A stretch of DNA of 64,000 nt from Phoronis australis (taxonomy: Eukaryota > Animalia > Phoronida), in contig NMRA01000209.1 of the NCBI GenBank assembly GCA_002633005.1, forward strand, positions 1-64,000. Direction: 5' to 3'. The notes below the pieces were generated by a model that did not search any database, had not been told where the DNA came from, and was given only the letters and a program-made list of their open reading frames with translations. Below, in pieces: positions 12,150 through 25,817 of the stretch. The translations under genes were made by a program, and so were the position numbers. Numbering within the stretch: position 1 is the first letter of the stretch; each line of letters starts with the position of its first letter.

Positions 12150-12924
12150 AACCAGTGTACGGTTTGCACACATTGGAATGAATCATACCGGGCACGTTTA
12201 TTAGGCATTCAAATACATGAAGGCAGGGCAGTGTCTTTGGTACTACATGGGCAACATGTTGGTTAGAACCTACCAGACGAGTTCATTATGTCAGATTAAC
12301 GAAGGTGATAAAGGAAGGTTTATCTAAAGTTTTGCTGGACCTTATTGACAAGTTTGTGTACTTAGTCAAATATCTATAAAACTGGTAATTTTTGACACGG
12401 TGACAGAGAATCTTCTGAAAATAGAAAGCTTGTAAAATTTGATTTCATACTTTTTCCAGTGTAACATTAGTTGGGTCAAGTGATCACGAATTTCAATAGA
12501 ATGTAGCAAAAAACAAAGGTACATTTAGAGCAAAATGGCAGTATCAACATTATAACCAAATTTTAGTTGATGTAAATATTCAATATGAAATCTAAAAAAG
12601 GCTGTTACTGTTTTCTCCATTATCGTTTTCGTTTCATCCAATTTTCATTGTTTCAAAGAAATCGTAACAGCCCTATTATTGACAGTTCCTCATGCAAATG
12701 TGGAATATTTTAAATCCAACTGTCAACAGCTTTTTGGAGAACAGTGTATAAGGCACACTATCTGAGGGCACTCTTGGAAAGCAAAGCTGACTCCGAACAA
12801 GCCATCCTAGTTTTTAAAAAAATATGAAACTCGCATAGGAATCCGACTGCCAGTCGAGATACAGGATATTCCGAAGTTAGCCAAAGTTTTCTAGGGTACA
12901 ATAAAACCTTCTTACAATGACTTG

Positions 12925-13685
12925 AATACATACACAAAGCGTATCCATAGTGGCGTGCGTGAAGTAATATCCCACGAAACATTATTCCACGTATCGACTG
13001 AGACCGAAGGTCGAGGTGGATATGTGGAATAATGTCGAGTGGGATATTACTTTATGTACGCCAATCGAGGTGCGTTTTGTATTTATCCCATACGTTTAGA
13101 ATTCGAAAGTTTCTTTCAATTTTCCTCAGATTTTCTAAATACTTCTCTCAGACTGTTCACGCTGTGGATCACATCCTATATGTGTGTACTTACGCCGCTA
13201 GGTTGCAAGTTTTCTGCAGTAAAAGAAACAGTTTTAAATGTAGCGATCTATTACTTGAAAAGAGACAACAGAGAAAAAAAACAACGGCAACTCAGCACTG
13301 CACTTGTAACATCTTCTGAAAATAGTTAAATAACAACAATATATGGTATTGTAGTTACCGTGGAATCGGCGCCTGAGTTGCAGTCGATATAATATTTAGC
13401 AATTGAAAACAGAGAGAACTGTCATATAATTAACAGTCCTGTTCCGGATGTTACGGTGGAAACTTGATTGCATGTTGAGTGTTACTCACACTGTTGCAAT
13501 TGCATTATTTAAACTATTTTCTTAAAGTTTGATGATCGAACCGGCTATCAACGTCGAATCGACATTGACTTTCCTTTTGAACTTTCCGTTTCACAGGTCG
13601 CTGTTAAAGTAGTGCTGGAAGTGAATACGGAAACATTATTACATGGCCGTATTTCCCTTTACTGATTCAACGCGTATGGGATAAA
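12925..13685. mobile_element. Interspersed non-autonomous element with a ~110-bp internal hairpin (Crypton-like?), copy 1
   Basis: Colinear homology with 46787-47533. Hairpin 12951-13063 centred on gaccgaaggtc. ttatcccatacg (13083) is inverted to cgtatgggataa (~13673). Confidence 0.75.
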
Positions 13686-13784
13686 GGTTATTACAGTGGA
13701 TCTTTTCTTTATATTGATATTGCGCGTGTGCAACTAGAATGACTATTGACTGTAGGATTGTATATAAAACTGAGACACGCCTCC

Positions 13785-14290
13785 CGTTCAGTAACGCTAG
13801 GACCTCGCTAAAAAGCAAGACTACGTGAGATGACGTGAGACCCTGACCTGTACTTCAAATGAAAGCACGTAACGTTAGCTAGATTTTAGCTAGGTAGTAG
13901 CGTAGGTCCTAGCGGTTACTGAACGTACGCCCGTTCCTTTTCGCGATTGCGTGACATGCATAGCCAAATGTCACGAAGACTTGCATGATCTCGTTTTTAT
14001 CGCTAGACACTTGTTTTACGGAATAAAATCACGACCATGGCTTTTCCCGTAACCCCAAGACATTTGCCAACCTTTTGCACGAAATCTTGGTTTATCCTAT
14101 AATTCAACATTTCAACCTCGCATTTAGTGGCCGCCACATTGCTAGGTTACATTAGTCATGGTAGAGTTCAGCAAGGTTAGGACATGGTTAAAAGAAAGTA
14201 TTCGCGAGATTACGTGGAACATTGTCGTGTATTTTAAATTAGTACGCATGATTTTGGCTAGATTTTAGCAAGGTGCTAGCGTTACTGAAC
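13785..14290. mobile_element. Small inverted-repeat element
   Basis: cgttcagtaacgctaggacct (13785) is inverted at 13904-13925 and again at about 14270-14290. Confidence 0.6.
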
Positions 14291-16194
14291 TCTATCCAGG
14301 TCTTGAGAATAGTTGAAAAGCAATAGCCCTTCACTTACTTGATTTTGCGTGATTTTGTTTTTTGGTGAGATTCTTCGATCTACAAAACACAGCCCGCCTA
14401 TGTTGCCAGTTGTTTACTACCTTATCGGATTCGCTCGTCTTCTGGGTGCAGGCTACATGTTTACCTTCCAGTGAAAATTTTTCGTCTGCAAATTGAAAGA
14501 TGGACATTTTAACACATTGCATTGTGGAAAAAACACGATTTTTGTGGCTTGTCATGTTCCCAGAATATTTCATTTTGCCTGATCTTATCAGGTATGATTC
14601 TCTCATAGGTAAAATCCAACTTTTTGAAACTTTGAAATATTTGGTGGAGTCCCAAGTGCTCTGACCTTCAACTATTTTTAATGTCAAAACACTAGTTTAG
14701 GGTTCTGGGAAAAGCGGGAGGCTCTTTTTGGTGTAGATTGAACACCATACAAAGAAATTGATATGGATACTAGATTTAGCATATAAACCGAATTCGATTT
14801 GACAATCAGCTCAGTATTCATTGACTCGTTCCGTGTCCGAAAGCTATATGCTCGTTACTTAAATAATTTCAAGACATTTCGAATGGGACAAAGAGCACTT
14901 AAAAAGTAAAGCTTAACTTTGGGGAAAATGGTACAGACTTAGTTTATGGTGTGCTGTTTAAGTTTATGTTATGGTGTGCTTTAGATAACTGTTTTGATTT
15001 GTAATGACAGGATTTTAGCAATCATAATTATTCATTGTCCAGTTCAGATTAGCGGAGGGCTGGAGTTATATACAGCTCTACCAAGCAGAGACGGTCTTTT
15101 AATGAGATTGCAAGGCTAACATGTCTGTTGCTATTGTATCGGTTTAGGGTGTACATGTAGTTGGTGTGAATGAAAATGATTAGTATAGTCAGTGTGGGGT
15201 TTTTTGAATAAATATATACATGTAGCAATTGAAGAATATACTATAATCTATGTTGTATCGGGTGGGACCGTTGAGTTCTGTACAAAGCGAACTTCAGAGA
15301 ATGATTTGTCTTGCATGAAATTCGATCAGCCCCGTCTATAAGATCGCTGGATGTCATTTTCGAAAAATCAAATCAACGAAATTCCAAAGCGGAAAGATAA
15401 CTTTACACTATTCATCGCTTAGCGTTACTCTTCGTTTTTGTCCCCTTGGTTGAGGTGTCCCCGTGCGTTTGTGATTGGATTTGCTCAAAGGTAAACGAAT
15501 TTGATCATCGCTGCGCTGGCCCAAATTGTCACAACAGCTCAACTTGACACATCTTTGGAATTTTAATAATTTGACTCAGCACTCATAGCTCCAATCTCAC
15601 AATTTGCCAAAATTGTTTCCGACAGTCTTGCGTGTGAAAATATGTGCCTGTACTATGCAACTGAGGCAGCCACCACAGTTACCGAACGTGTCACTAAAAG
15701 GCTGCGCCCTCCTCATGGCAAGCTACATGTACATGTATAGCTTGTGGACAAGGTGGGGTGAGGTGGAGCTTGGGTCCTTTATTTTTCAAAACGTTCTTGG
15801 TAAATTTAACTAGAATTGCATATACAACCGGCGTGCAAAATGCTGTTAGAAAAATACTCCAATTAGACATGTTTTCAAATTTATTCACAACTCAGCTGAA
15901 CCCTCGCATACTTCCTGGGCTGTATAGTATCAACTAATTGCTTAATCTTAAAAACTAAGAACCAAAGGGGCCCATCTGTCGTCAAATCTCGTGTAGTGGC
16001 AATTTCTATAGAATATATATTTTCCCATCTGCCAAACTTTGAAACCCAGTTGTTCTTAAAACGAGTGATTACGGCCCGGCCACAGCATACCCTGGCGGAA
16101 GTATTTATTAGGACAATGACTTGACATTATTATTCATCGGTTTGTATTTCTGCGTGTTACTAAAATTCCTCATAGGTATGGAAATTGGAAAAGC

Positions 16195-17064
16195 TTATTA
16201 CTCCAAAGGTTCATTACTCCGAAGTTTGACTACTTCGAAGGTTCACTACTCTGAAAGTTCACTACTCTGAACGGCCACTACTCCAAAAATATATGACATT
16301 TCGGTTTCGGGAATAATTATATACTGGCAGCAAAAATATGCGATACTTCGGTTATTAGACACAGTGATGTACCTACACTGTATACCGATAACAAGGCTCA
16401 TTTACTAAAACACTTTGTATGGGCTTAATTTCTTTTCCATGCAAAACCTGGCTCCAAAGCATGTCTTATAAATACGAAAAAAGGAGTAGGTACTTGGATT
16501 TTTATGAGAATATGGAGTGGAAATATTGAACTATCAATAACAATACAAACACCAAGTCCGTGTCAAGATCCCAACATTTCATTCAGCGCCATTGAAATGT
16601 TTAACCGTTGCGCCTCAATCTCACCCAAAGCGTCTAATCCACGAGAATAACTAAATATAGTAGACTACACTGTCCCTGCAAGTCTTCATCAATACATAGA
16701 GTCCTACCCAATATTTTCCAAATTAAAGACGCCCGTAGGTCCCAGTAGCCGTGAAATAATATACATGTATTCCAGTGTCCTGTTGTTGTCCCTGTTCAGT
16801 GAAAATGAGTCGTTTTACTGAAGAATTACGACTGTTGGTGATTGCCGTGGAATGTAGCTCATTTACACAATATTTAAGGAGACATCAAAAATTTATACAC
16901 ACTTTTTTAATGGTTATTAAACGCGCACAGATACAATATTTTTGTATGTCAGTTCTACCTGATTTACAGACATTGAGAGTAGTAAACTGTTGGAGTTATG
17001 AGCTTGCTTTCGGAGTATTAAGCATTCGGGGGGTAATGAACCTTCGGAGTAGTGACATGTAACC
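16195..17064. mobile_element. Non-autonomous DNA element bounded by inverted arrays of a 16-bp unit
   Basis: About 6 copies of tca(t/c)tactccgaaggt at 16195-16290 and about 4 reverse-complement copies (accttcggagtagtga) at 16990-17055. Confidence 0.7.
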
Positions 17065-17392
17065 TTTGAAGTATATGCCATCAAGTTTGTTTCTCGTATT
17101 AAGTCTGCGAGGTTGTGCATAAATGACAATAGTTACAAGGGAAGATTGAATAAAGATTTTTAATAGGTCTAAGTCCCCTTTTCCGAATAACACGAGCATT
17201 CGTGTCAGGATTTTCTCAGTGCTAAAGTCTGTAGTTAAATGGTTTTTAAACAAGGACGGAGGACTGCCTAGTTCTGAATTTAAAAGAAATGATGAAAACT
17301 CAAACACGTGTGAACATAGGGATATCAGTCCATCAATTCAAAACCAGAGCGTGCACTGGATGAACGACGTACTCGACAGTCACTCTATTCAA

Positions 17393-18841
17393 GGGGAAAG
17401 CAACCTTTTGCGTATCATTCTTAATAAAAATAAGGTTATTTGATTATCCCAAACGCATGCTTCAGTTAATTACAGCTCTTCATGATTTTATTAATTAGCC
17501 GTGCGCTATTCCGGAAGTGTCATTTAGGGGTTAAGAATTTCTCGAATTTTCGTTTCTAGTGCGTTCGAGTAACTGTGAGAATCTTTTCTAGTGTTGTTTT
17601 TTGCTGGTCTCCTAAAATTGTCGTCACCACTTCCCATCTACGAGTATTCTACGACAAGCTAGGATGCTAGATAACTCAATTACGCTGTATCTAGGAATAT
17701 TTTTGTTTGTAATAGAAGTGGGTGGATATATGCATGTTTCAGCCCGAGTATAGCGCGTCAGAATACAGGCAACTGTTGAGAGGGATGAGGCAGATACTCA
17801 GGACAGACGTGGTGGGACGTCTTGGTCCAAAGGCAAGGTGTGCACTGTAATGCCGCCGACCTCAATGGAATGCCAATGCTGTTCCCACTGAGCATCCAGA
17901 CTGCTTACAACCAGCCGTGTGACTCCCTTGACACATACTTGAACCTTCTAAATTGCTCCAACGAATACTTAAGTCAAATCCACAATAAACTTATCAAAGT
18001 TTGTCTCACTGGCCTTACCACTGGACGATGAACTGTCTTCCCCACTGGGTGTCGAACTTGGTCAGTACTGACTGCCACTATTCAATATCGCTGCAGGGTT
18101 GCTTACAGGCTCTGGGATGGAGACAACATCAGCACAGGTCGAATCATTGCTAGTGCCCGGAATGACACGCTCTAGAGTACAGTCGGAGGTGCGGATGACA
18201 GTAGATGAAGCGCCCCCAGTTACTGTAGAGGTCACAGATCGCGAGGCTCCTCGCTTCGAAAATGCACTTCTCCGGGGCGGCGACGAGGCACTATCTGGAA
18301 TCAACAGCGACAGTGTGGCACCCTTCTTCAGCGGTTGTTTTGCAGGAAGGTTCATCAAGTCTGCGCATGTATCTCTTTCGTAATCCAACGGCAGAAAATT
18401 CTTGCCACACACTCAGTAATTCTCCACTGCTCTGGGCGTTGCACGGAAAGTAACGCTGCGCTCTTCACGCCAACCCCCCCAAGTATGGCAGAGCGTGTCA
18501 TTGTTTGGAAAGCGTTATAATGGCATACCCAAATTGCGCGAAAAGATAATGAGTACACCTCGGTTCGCAGCAACCGTGCGGCGTGTTGATTGACTCGTAA
18601 ACAAACGCAAACGGCAACCAAATTTATCACAACAGTGGTAAAACAAGGAGTGACTCGACGGGTCACACAATCAGAAGACGAAATGTCGGGAAATTCTTAA
18701 CTCCCTAAACTTCACTTCCGAAGTAAGGCACGACTTATTAACAAAATTATGCGAAGCCTTTGTTAACAGTAACAAATGTCAAGGATAATCAAAGAACCGC
18801 ATTTTTTGCTAAAAATGACATGAAAGAAGTTGCCGTTTCCT
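17393..18841 (-). mobile_element. Kolobok-like DNA transposon relic with ~165-bp imperfect TIRs and a THAP-domain remnant
   Basis: 17393-17557 aligns to the reverse complement of 18675-18841 (e.g. cggaagtg..tttaggg..ttaagaattt). Flanks TCAA / TTAA. The minus-strand peptide VCGKNFLPLDYERDTCADLMNLPAKQPLKKGATLSL resembles a THAP C-terminus. Confidence 0.7.
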
Positions 18842-19059
18842 TTAACTAAAAGTGTTCTCTAATCGTCTGCGTGATCCTATCTCCTGCGCGCACTCCACTT
18901 CGCGAAGTTGACTGCCGGAGTACGACCCGACGGTGATTACGTAAAGCGCTTTGAATCAGAAGCAAATTCGAAATTATTACAGATTGTTTGGTAATAGATT
19001 CGCTGAATCTGCTTCTGTACATGCTCACAGGCAAAGTTGATTCCATTTGCTCTCAGGAA

Positions 19060-20790
19060 CAAGAGATGTCTCCTGTGGGTTTGAAGAAATGTCCAGTCAG
19101 TCCCCTGGTCCTACATTTGCGAACTAGAAATTTGGTTTATTTTGGATAATGATGCTTCTGATGTAGGCATACGTGGTAATCTGTTATAGATTTAGGAGGG
19201 GAAGGAGAAGGTTTTTGCATATGCTAGTGTCTCCCTGACTTCAGAATAGCGTCGTTATTGTACTACGCGTCAGGAACTTTTGGCTTGGCTATAAGACCTA
19301 TCCGTTTTACTAGACAGTTTCGTCAAATCTTGCTGGGTAAACCATTTCGGGTGCACATAGATCGCAGTCATCTGCAATGGCTGATTTTGAAAATCATAAG
19401 AGTCAGTTAGCCAGCCAATATGAAATGTTAATTGAGAACCGCCAGGGTTGTCATCATGGTAGGCCTACTTCTCATGCTTTGTCTCGTTTGGATTATCCTA
19501 GTAGTTGTTGGGAATACCGTCATAGAGTATAGAGTAAGATTGGAGGATTTACCTTGCAGTGGATGTTCGTATTGTACTCGCTTGCACGGTGCCTAGAAAA
19601 AGTTTATAGTTGAGGCGGAAGATGTTCAACAATTGTTTAAACGTAGGCGGATAGCACTTGTAAAGAGGCTTAAGCGTCAAGCTAGTACTGAGAGGGAGCC
19701 GATATGGGAGGCGTCCAAGGAATTGTAAGCAAGTTGCAAGATTGATTGTGTAACCGCTGGAAAGGATACTGTTTCGGAACAGCGTGAAGAACCCCATTTA
19801 TTATTGTTGTTGTCCTGGCTGGAACAGGGGGTATCGCCTGATAAAGGAGATTTATTTTTAGCTAGCAAGGAGTCAAAGACTTTGTGGGTCAATCGTTTTC
19901 GGTTTTTGCTTAAGTGGGTTGTGTTTGGTCTAAGCGATAGGAGGATGATGAGCTGGTTTGTTTTATTCCCTCCTCATTACGACAAGAGGAACATGCTCTT
20001 AATATTTATATTCCCTGTTCGGGACATCAAGGTGTAGCTCGTACTACTAAGGATATGAAATCAAAGTGTTTTGGCCTGGTATGACCTCGCGATTAAGCAG
20101 TATTATAGCACATGTGACAGGTGTGGTCTGTGTAAGAAATCCAATTTATAACGTAAGAAGCCCTTATATTATATTCATGCATTTTTGCCTATGGAGCAGG
20201 TGTATTTAGACTTGTTGATACATTGCCTTTGACACTCCCAGGAAAAGAGCACGTTTTAGTCAAGGTTGATCAGTTCATACAGTGGGTTAATTGCATCCAA
20301 CAAGTCCCAGACAGCAGTGGTTACCGCTCAGGCTGTAGTGGAACGTTTCTATTCCCCGTTTTGGATTTCCGCTACAGATCTTTACAGATACGGGAATAAC
20401 TTTGATAGCAAACTATTCGTGCACTCAACTATGCACTTAAACAAGGGTGCACAAATCTAGTACGACCGCTTATTGACCTAGTGCTAATGGAGAATTTGAG
20501 CGATTTATTAGCACTCTAATGGATGCAGTGCGATGCTTTGTGGATCTGCAGCAATCGGATTGGGACCTTACATTCTGCAGATAGCTTGCACCTTGTGATC
20601 ATGTGTTAATAGGAATACTGGGTTTAGTTTTAATCACCTCAGGTTTGGTCGTGAAATTGTGGTGCCAGCCACCGGAGCTTGTTTATACTGTTCCTAAAGA
20701 GACAACACTATCAACTCAGTATCTAGCCAGTTCGATTGAAGTTATTGGGGTGTCTTATGAGACTGCGGGAGAAGTCCTACAAGTATCCCA
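19060..20790 (+). mobile_element. Degenerate Ty3/Gypsy LTR retrotransposon pol fragment (RNase H and integrase)
   Basis: ILDNDASDVGI...EGKEKVFAYAS.SLT.E*RRYCTTRQELLA (RNase H); FRQILLGKPFRVHID; GHQGVART...TCDRCGLCK (integrase HHCC); STTAY*PSANGEFERF (integrase core). Many stops and frameshifts. Confidence 0.9.
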
Positions 20791-21459
20791 GGCTTATAAC
20801 GTTGAATGGGGCTATTCGGAGAATTCTCCTCGCGGTGTCGCTGCTGTACTAGTGGGGATTGAATTGCGCATGCGTGGCTGTCTGCATGTAAACAACTGGT
20901 AAAAGATGGAATTTTTATCAAAATACGTCGTCGCGCTAAGCATTATTACTGCTAATTTCCCTGGCGCATGTCTTCGACGGGTGGCCACAAATTCCCAAAA
21001 GACCTAAGGTTACTATATTCGTGGACAACTGCGGTCAACAGGGTCAACTAACTGACAAAAAGTGTGTGGATGCTGAAGCCCCGTGTGTGCTCTATGTCTA
21101 TGACTATGCAGTTCCATTCGGGGACTACACAACATTACTTGGTAAGTTTTTAGCAATCAGTTTCTATCAACATCGTTCGGTGATGTTATCCCCACCAGTT
21201 ACCCCACTGAATAACAGTTTTATTGAGTGGAACTAAGTGTTTCTTTTTGGAAACTCACCCGATGCCGGGTAGGCTAGCAGCACATATTCATATTGTCCTG
21301 GGTGGGAGTGCTCCCAAAATAAGAGGTGTATGGTACGTGATGCACAGAAGTCAAGAGTGACTTTTTCACAGCAGTTTCTCTTCAAAACTATGCTGTTTCC
21401 AATAAAATTCTCTAGATGAGTGAGTTTCCTTATTTTATCGTGGACCCCACCCCCAGGAC

Positions 21460-22214
21460 NNNNNNNNNNNNNNNNNNNNNNNNNNNNNNNNNNNNNNNNN
21501 NNNNNNNNNNNNNNNNNNNNNNNNNNNNNNNNNNNNNNNNNNNNNNNNNNNNNNNNNNNNNNNNNNNNNNNNNNNNNNNNNNNNNNNNNNNNNNNNNNNN
21601 NNNNNNNNNNNNNNNNNNNNNNNNNNNNNNNNNNNNNNNNNNNNNNNNNNNNNNNNNNNNNNNNNNNNNNNNNNNNNNNNNNNNNNNNNNNNNNNNNNNN
21701 NNNNNNNNNNNNNNNNNNNNNNNNNNNNNNNNNNNNNNNNNNNNNNNNNNNNNNNNNNNNNNNNNNNNNNNNNNNNNNNNNNNNNNNNNNNNNNNNNNNN
21801 NNNNNNNNNNNNNNNNNNNNNNNNNNNNNNNNNNNNNNNNNNNNNNNNNNNNNNNNNNNNNNNNNNNNNNNNNNNNNNNNNNNNNNNNNNNNNNNNNNNN
21901 NNNNNNNNNNNNNNNNNNNNNNNNNNNNNNNNNNNNNNNNNNNNNNNNNNNNNNNNNNNNNNNNNNNNNNNNNNNNNNNNNNNNNNNNNNNNNNNNNNNN
22001 NNNNNNNNNNNNNNNNNNNNNNNNNNNNNNNNNNNNNNNNNNNNNNNNNNNNNNNNNNNNNNNNNNNNNNNNNNNNNNNNNNNNNNNNNNNNNNNNNNNN
22101 NNNNNNNNNNNNNNNNNNNNNNNNNNNNNNNNNNNNNNNNNNNNNNNNNNNNNNNNNNNNNNNNNNNNNNNNNNNNNNNNNNNNNNNNNNNNNNNNNNNN
22201 NNNNNNNNNNNNNN
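21460..22214. other. Assembly gap (N run)
   Basis: Run of N; the overlapping poly-X ORFs are artefacts. Confidence 1.
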
Positions 22215-22973
22215 ACTCAAATCAACTTTAAGAAACTCCTGAATACCATTCGAGGAAACCACTCCCAATTTAGTCCACAAAACTGCCGTCAAACGTGACC
22301 CACCCCGTTTTCTTCAGTTTTAGGGGAGCTACAGTACAAACGCCCGAACCGTGGTCTTAGATCATAACACACCGCCTCATTTCAGTGATGGCCATTGATT
22401 TTGCAAGTGTTCTAAAGGAGACACCTGCTGCAGTACTGTTCTCATTGGATTTTGCCTGGCAGTGCATGGTTACAACTTTGATTCTGTTAAAAACTGCATG
22501 GACAAAATGAGCGGCGGATCCAGGGGTGTGAAGGGGGTCCGAACGCCCCCGTTTCACTTGATTTTAGTGATATCAAATCTAAAATTTTCAATTTGTTGAC
22601 TTGGATCCCCCTCTTAAAAAAATCTTATATCCTCTACTGAAATGTTGCGAGTCGAGTGCACCTTAATGCGCCGCTATAAATGACCCCGGACTTTTTATTC
22701 CATTTTATGTTTTTGACACTTTTGGTTCCAGCGAAATGAAAGCTGGACTCAGAAAAATGTGGCAAAAACGCAAAATTTACACTTTTTCTCCCAAAGCCAC
22801 CATTTAGGCACTTCCAACGCTACACAATAACCAATACCTGATTCTGTTACATGTAGCAAGTTTACAACGAAATCTACAATCGTTAAAATCCACAAGTGCT
22901 GCTTTTAGACATTATAGACGGAATTGACTGACGGCTACCTGAAATCGCTTTTGAGCGTTTTACTCAAATAAAT

Positions 22974-23422
22974 ATGATGGGCCGTTGAAGGGAAGTGTCG
23001 CCGGAAAATACTAGCATAATGATGTTCATTACACCGTTATTTACGCCGTTAATTACGCCGTAAAATAACGAGCGTAATTTAGTTTAAACTCTTAGCCAAT
23101 GACGTTCGGTTTTACAACTCACGGTCGCGCACGCTCTTGTAAATACTTTTTTACTGACGGGATCATGGCGGATCAAATCGGTGCTGCAATGTAAGCGATT
23201 GTGCAGGAACGAGCTGCCCAGCAACAGTTGTGCATGTTAGGTTAACACTGATTGGTTTAAATTTGGAACGTTCTTAAGGTATTTTACGAGCGTAATTTAC
23301 GGCGGCATTTCCCCCATTCAACGCACCGGCGTAATTTTACTGCAGCACTTGTGCAATTTAATTTACGCTCGTAATTACGAGCGTAATTTTACGGCGACAC
23401 TGTCCCCTCAACAGCCCACCAT
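22974..23422. mobile_element. MITE with ~40-bp TIRs and internal ttacgagcgtaa repeats
   Basis: atgatgggccgttgaagggaagtgtcgccggaaaa versus ttttacggcgacactgtcccctcaacagcccaccat. Confidence 0.75.
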
Positions 23423-25817
23423 AAATACATGTAAAACCAATCACACAATATTACTACTAGTAATCGTAGAAGGATTATAACCCCGTTGCCATCAAGAAGA
23501 TCAAAGACAACGATTTGGAGTTTATTGGGATTAGACAACCCTTAAATTATGAATTCCACGAAAAAGGTGCGTGAAGATCTATGCATTGTCTAGTGTGACT
23601 TGAGTTGCCAGTTCATTCGGCAACAATTCAGGGTCGCTAGACGAATGTTTTCAGACTCCAAAGCGCGGTTAGAAATCAACATTGATATCGTAAGCCTGTC
23701 ATCGAGGAGATACATGTACACGATGTATTCGTTTGTGATCAAATGTATCTCGGAAATAATAATGTCGCCATTCCTTCAATAGTTGATGAAGTATAAGAAA
23801 AAACCTTACCCCTCAAACCAAGGCTTTCGTCGTCTTATAGCAGACCAGTCCCAGCCATGAAAGTCGCAGTCGAGGAAACTTCTTAAATTCCAGTTTTTAC
23901 TACAAAAGATTTGATCAAAATCTTATTTCAATGTATTCCAGTTAACAGTTCAAGGCGTGTTTCCATGCGTGTACATATATGGAGTTATATCATTTCATGA
24001 TATTATTTTCAGGCAAGTGTTGAACTAAATCATACAAAGTCAGAAGACGTGCAATTTTTCAAAGATTTTTTCACCTTCCTTAACATTGAAGGGTGTACTA
24101 TTTCAGAAAACAGGGAAAGGATCAGGCAATTGACTCCGTCATTAAAGAACCCTAAGTGAGTGACTACTAAAAGAAACTTATCATTGTATTCCCTAAAAAT
24201 GTGTCTTTTTGAATTAAAAAAATGAATTAATTTGCTTTTTCGAAGAATGTATGAAAATTTTCAAAAACTTTAGTCCCGCAAACGAAAATGTCCTTACCAG
24301 GGCTCCAATAATTGTCCCTCTTCTACGTGTTTTCCGATGTTCTTTTTTCTCGACTGTCCCCAGACCCTCCCTACGTCTATCGTAACAAAGGTTTCACCCG
24401 CTCGTCTCAATTTAATGTGAGCACGTACCCTCTCGCCCCCGCATCCTGCTTTGTGAGGGGCGCTGCCCCCTATAACTTCACCGCCCCCGATGCCCCCCAT
24501 CAACCTACATGTATGCTATGTCACGAATCTGATCTAGAATGGAATTGGAATAATTCAAATTTTGCAAATTTATACAAATGTGGGAAAGTACTGTTTTCAA
24601 GACCGCCCATACGATAATAGTACGAGAGCGGACTAAATAGCCCCGCGACGAAAAGTTGTGACACGAATGACCAACGTTAGGGGTTGTCTCCGTAAGGTTT
24701 AAACCATGTCCGAAAGTTCTAAGAAAGGTAATATAAAACAGTAACACTTGCGTGTGCCAGTCGCCATGACGACATGGGAAGAAACTGTCGGGAAATATAA
24801 AGCTTTCAACCCCGCCTCCGAACAGCCACATTACGCAGAGCACCACAAAAAGTTGAACAGCCTTCCCACACAACATCGTGCAATTCGACTACAACTGTCG
24901 CGTCTAGAACTTTCTACACAATTTATGTAAGTCAAGTTACACTCAAAAGCAGGATGTTAATGATAAAATCGAAAACACGTGGGTATGAGTCACCGAGAAA
25001 CTCAAACCGTTCAATTAAGGGGGGGCAACGATTCTGAACTGGTGAGTTCACAGACACTTTGTAACGCTTTTTTTCTACATGGGATTATATAAAAGCTGCA
25101 GTTTGCCCTGTTTTCCAGAGCTGAATCGATGTAGGTCCTTTCCTCTTACGAAATAGGTCTCAGAACATGCTTCTATTACCAACTCAAGTGACACTGAGGC
25201 AATGCGCTCCCCAATTTCGATTTACCAATTCTAAAGTTGGTCAGCTCCAATGAACTCTGAAACATTTTCTTGAGTCGCTAATGGCTTCCGGTGTAGGCTA
25301 CTTGTTGGTAAAGGGACAAGTGAAATTATGAGACCGATTCTAGGCCTATACTGAGGGAAAGGGCTTTAGTTCAATTTTCATTCATTGCCAGCTAATTTGG
25401 GTGAAATGCAGTCCTAGCTGTTACTACCAGTTGAAGCCCAAATGCACTCGGTAATATGCAACGTATAAACTATTCTTGAGACATCAAACGTCCAGGTGTA
25501 AATGCTGCGGAAATCCTTCTAGAGCAAACTTGGAAAACGCGGCTGAACCTTTGGCCTTCCCGGTTTCCCATGAAATATCACAAGCCGTAACTAAACCGAA
25601 ATTTCAATCGCTGTCTACTAGCTAGACCTGGGGACATTTCAACTGATCATGAAAATGATAATTTATTGCTGTGCCTGTGCTCTGATCTTTCTTGCAAACG
25701 GAACACCTCGTGTGTGTTCGCAGTCCCAGATATCTGCTCGGAGGCAAAGATTTTACACCATAGTATCTTTGTCGGAGGTGTGAACTTCAGACATACGGTC
25801 AATCATCCTAGCTCCAG

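Noticed and set aside
16195-16290. CRISPR-like short repeat array
   Set aside because: The units are contiguous with no unique spacers, there are no cas genes, and the context is eukaryotic.
21416-22298. Long ORFs of 270-290 aa
   Set aside because: Poly-X artefacts of the N gap.
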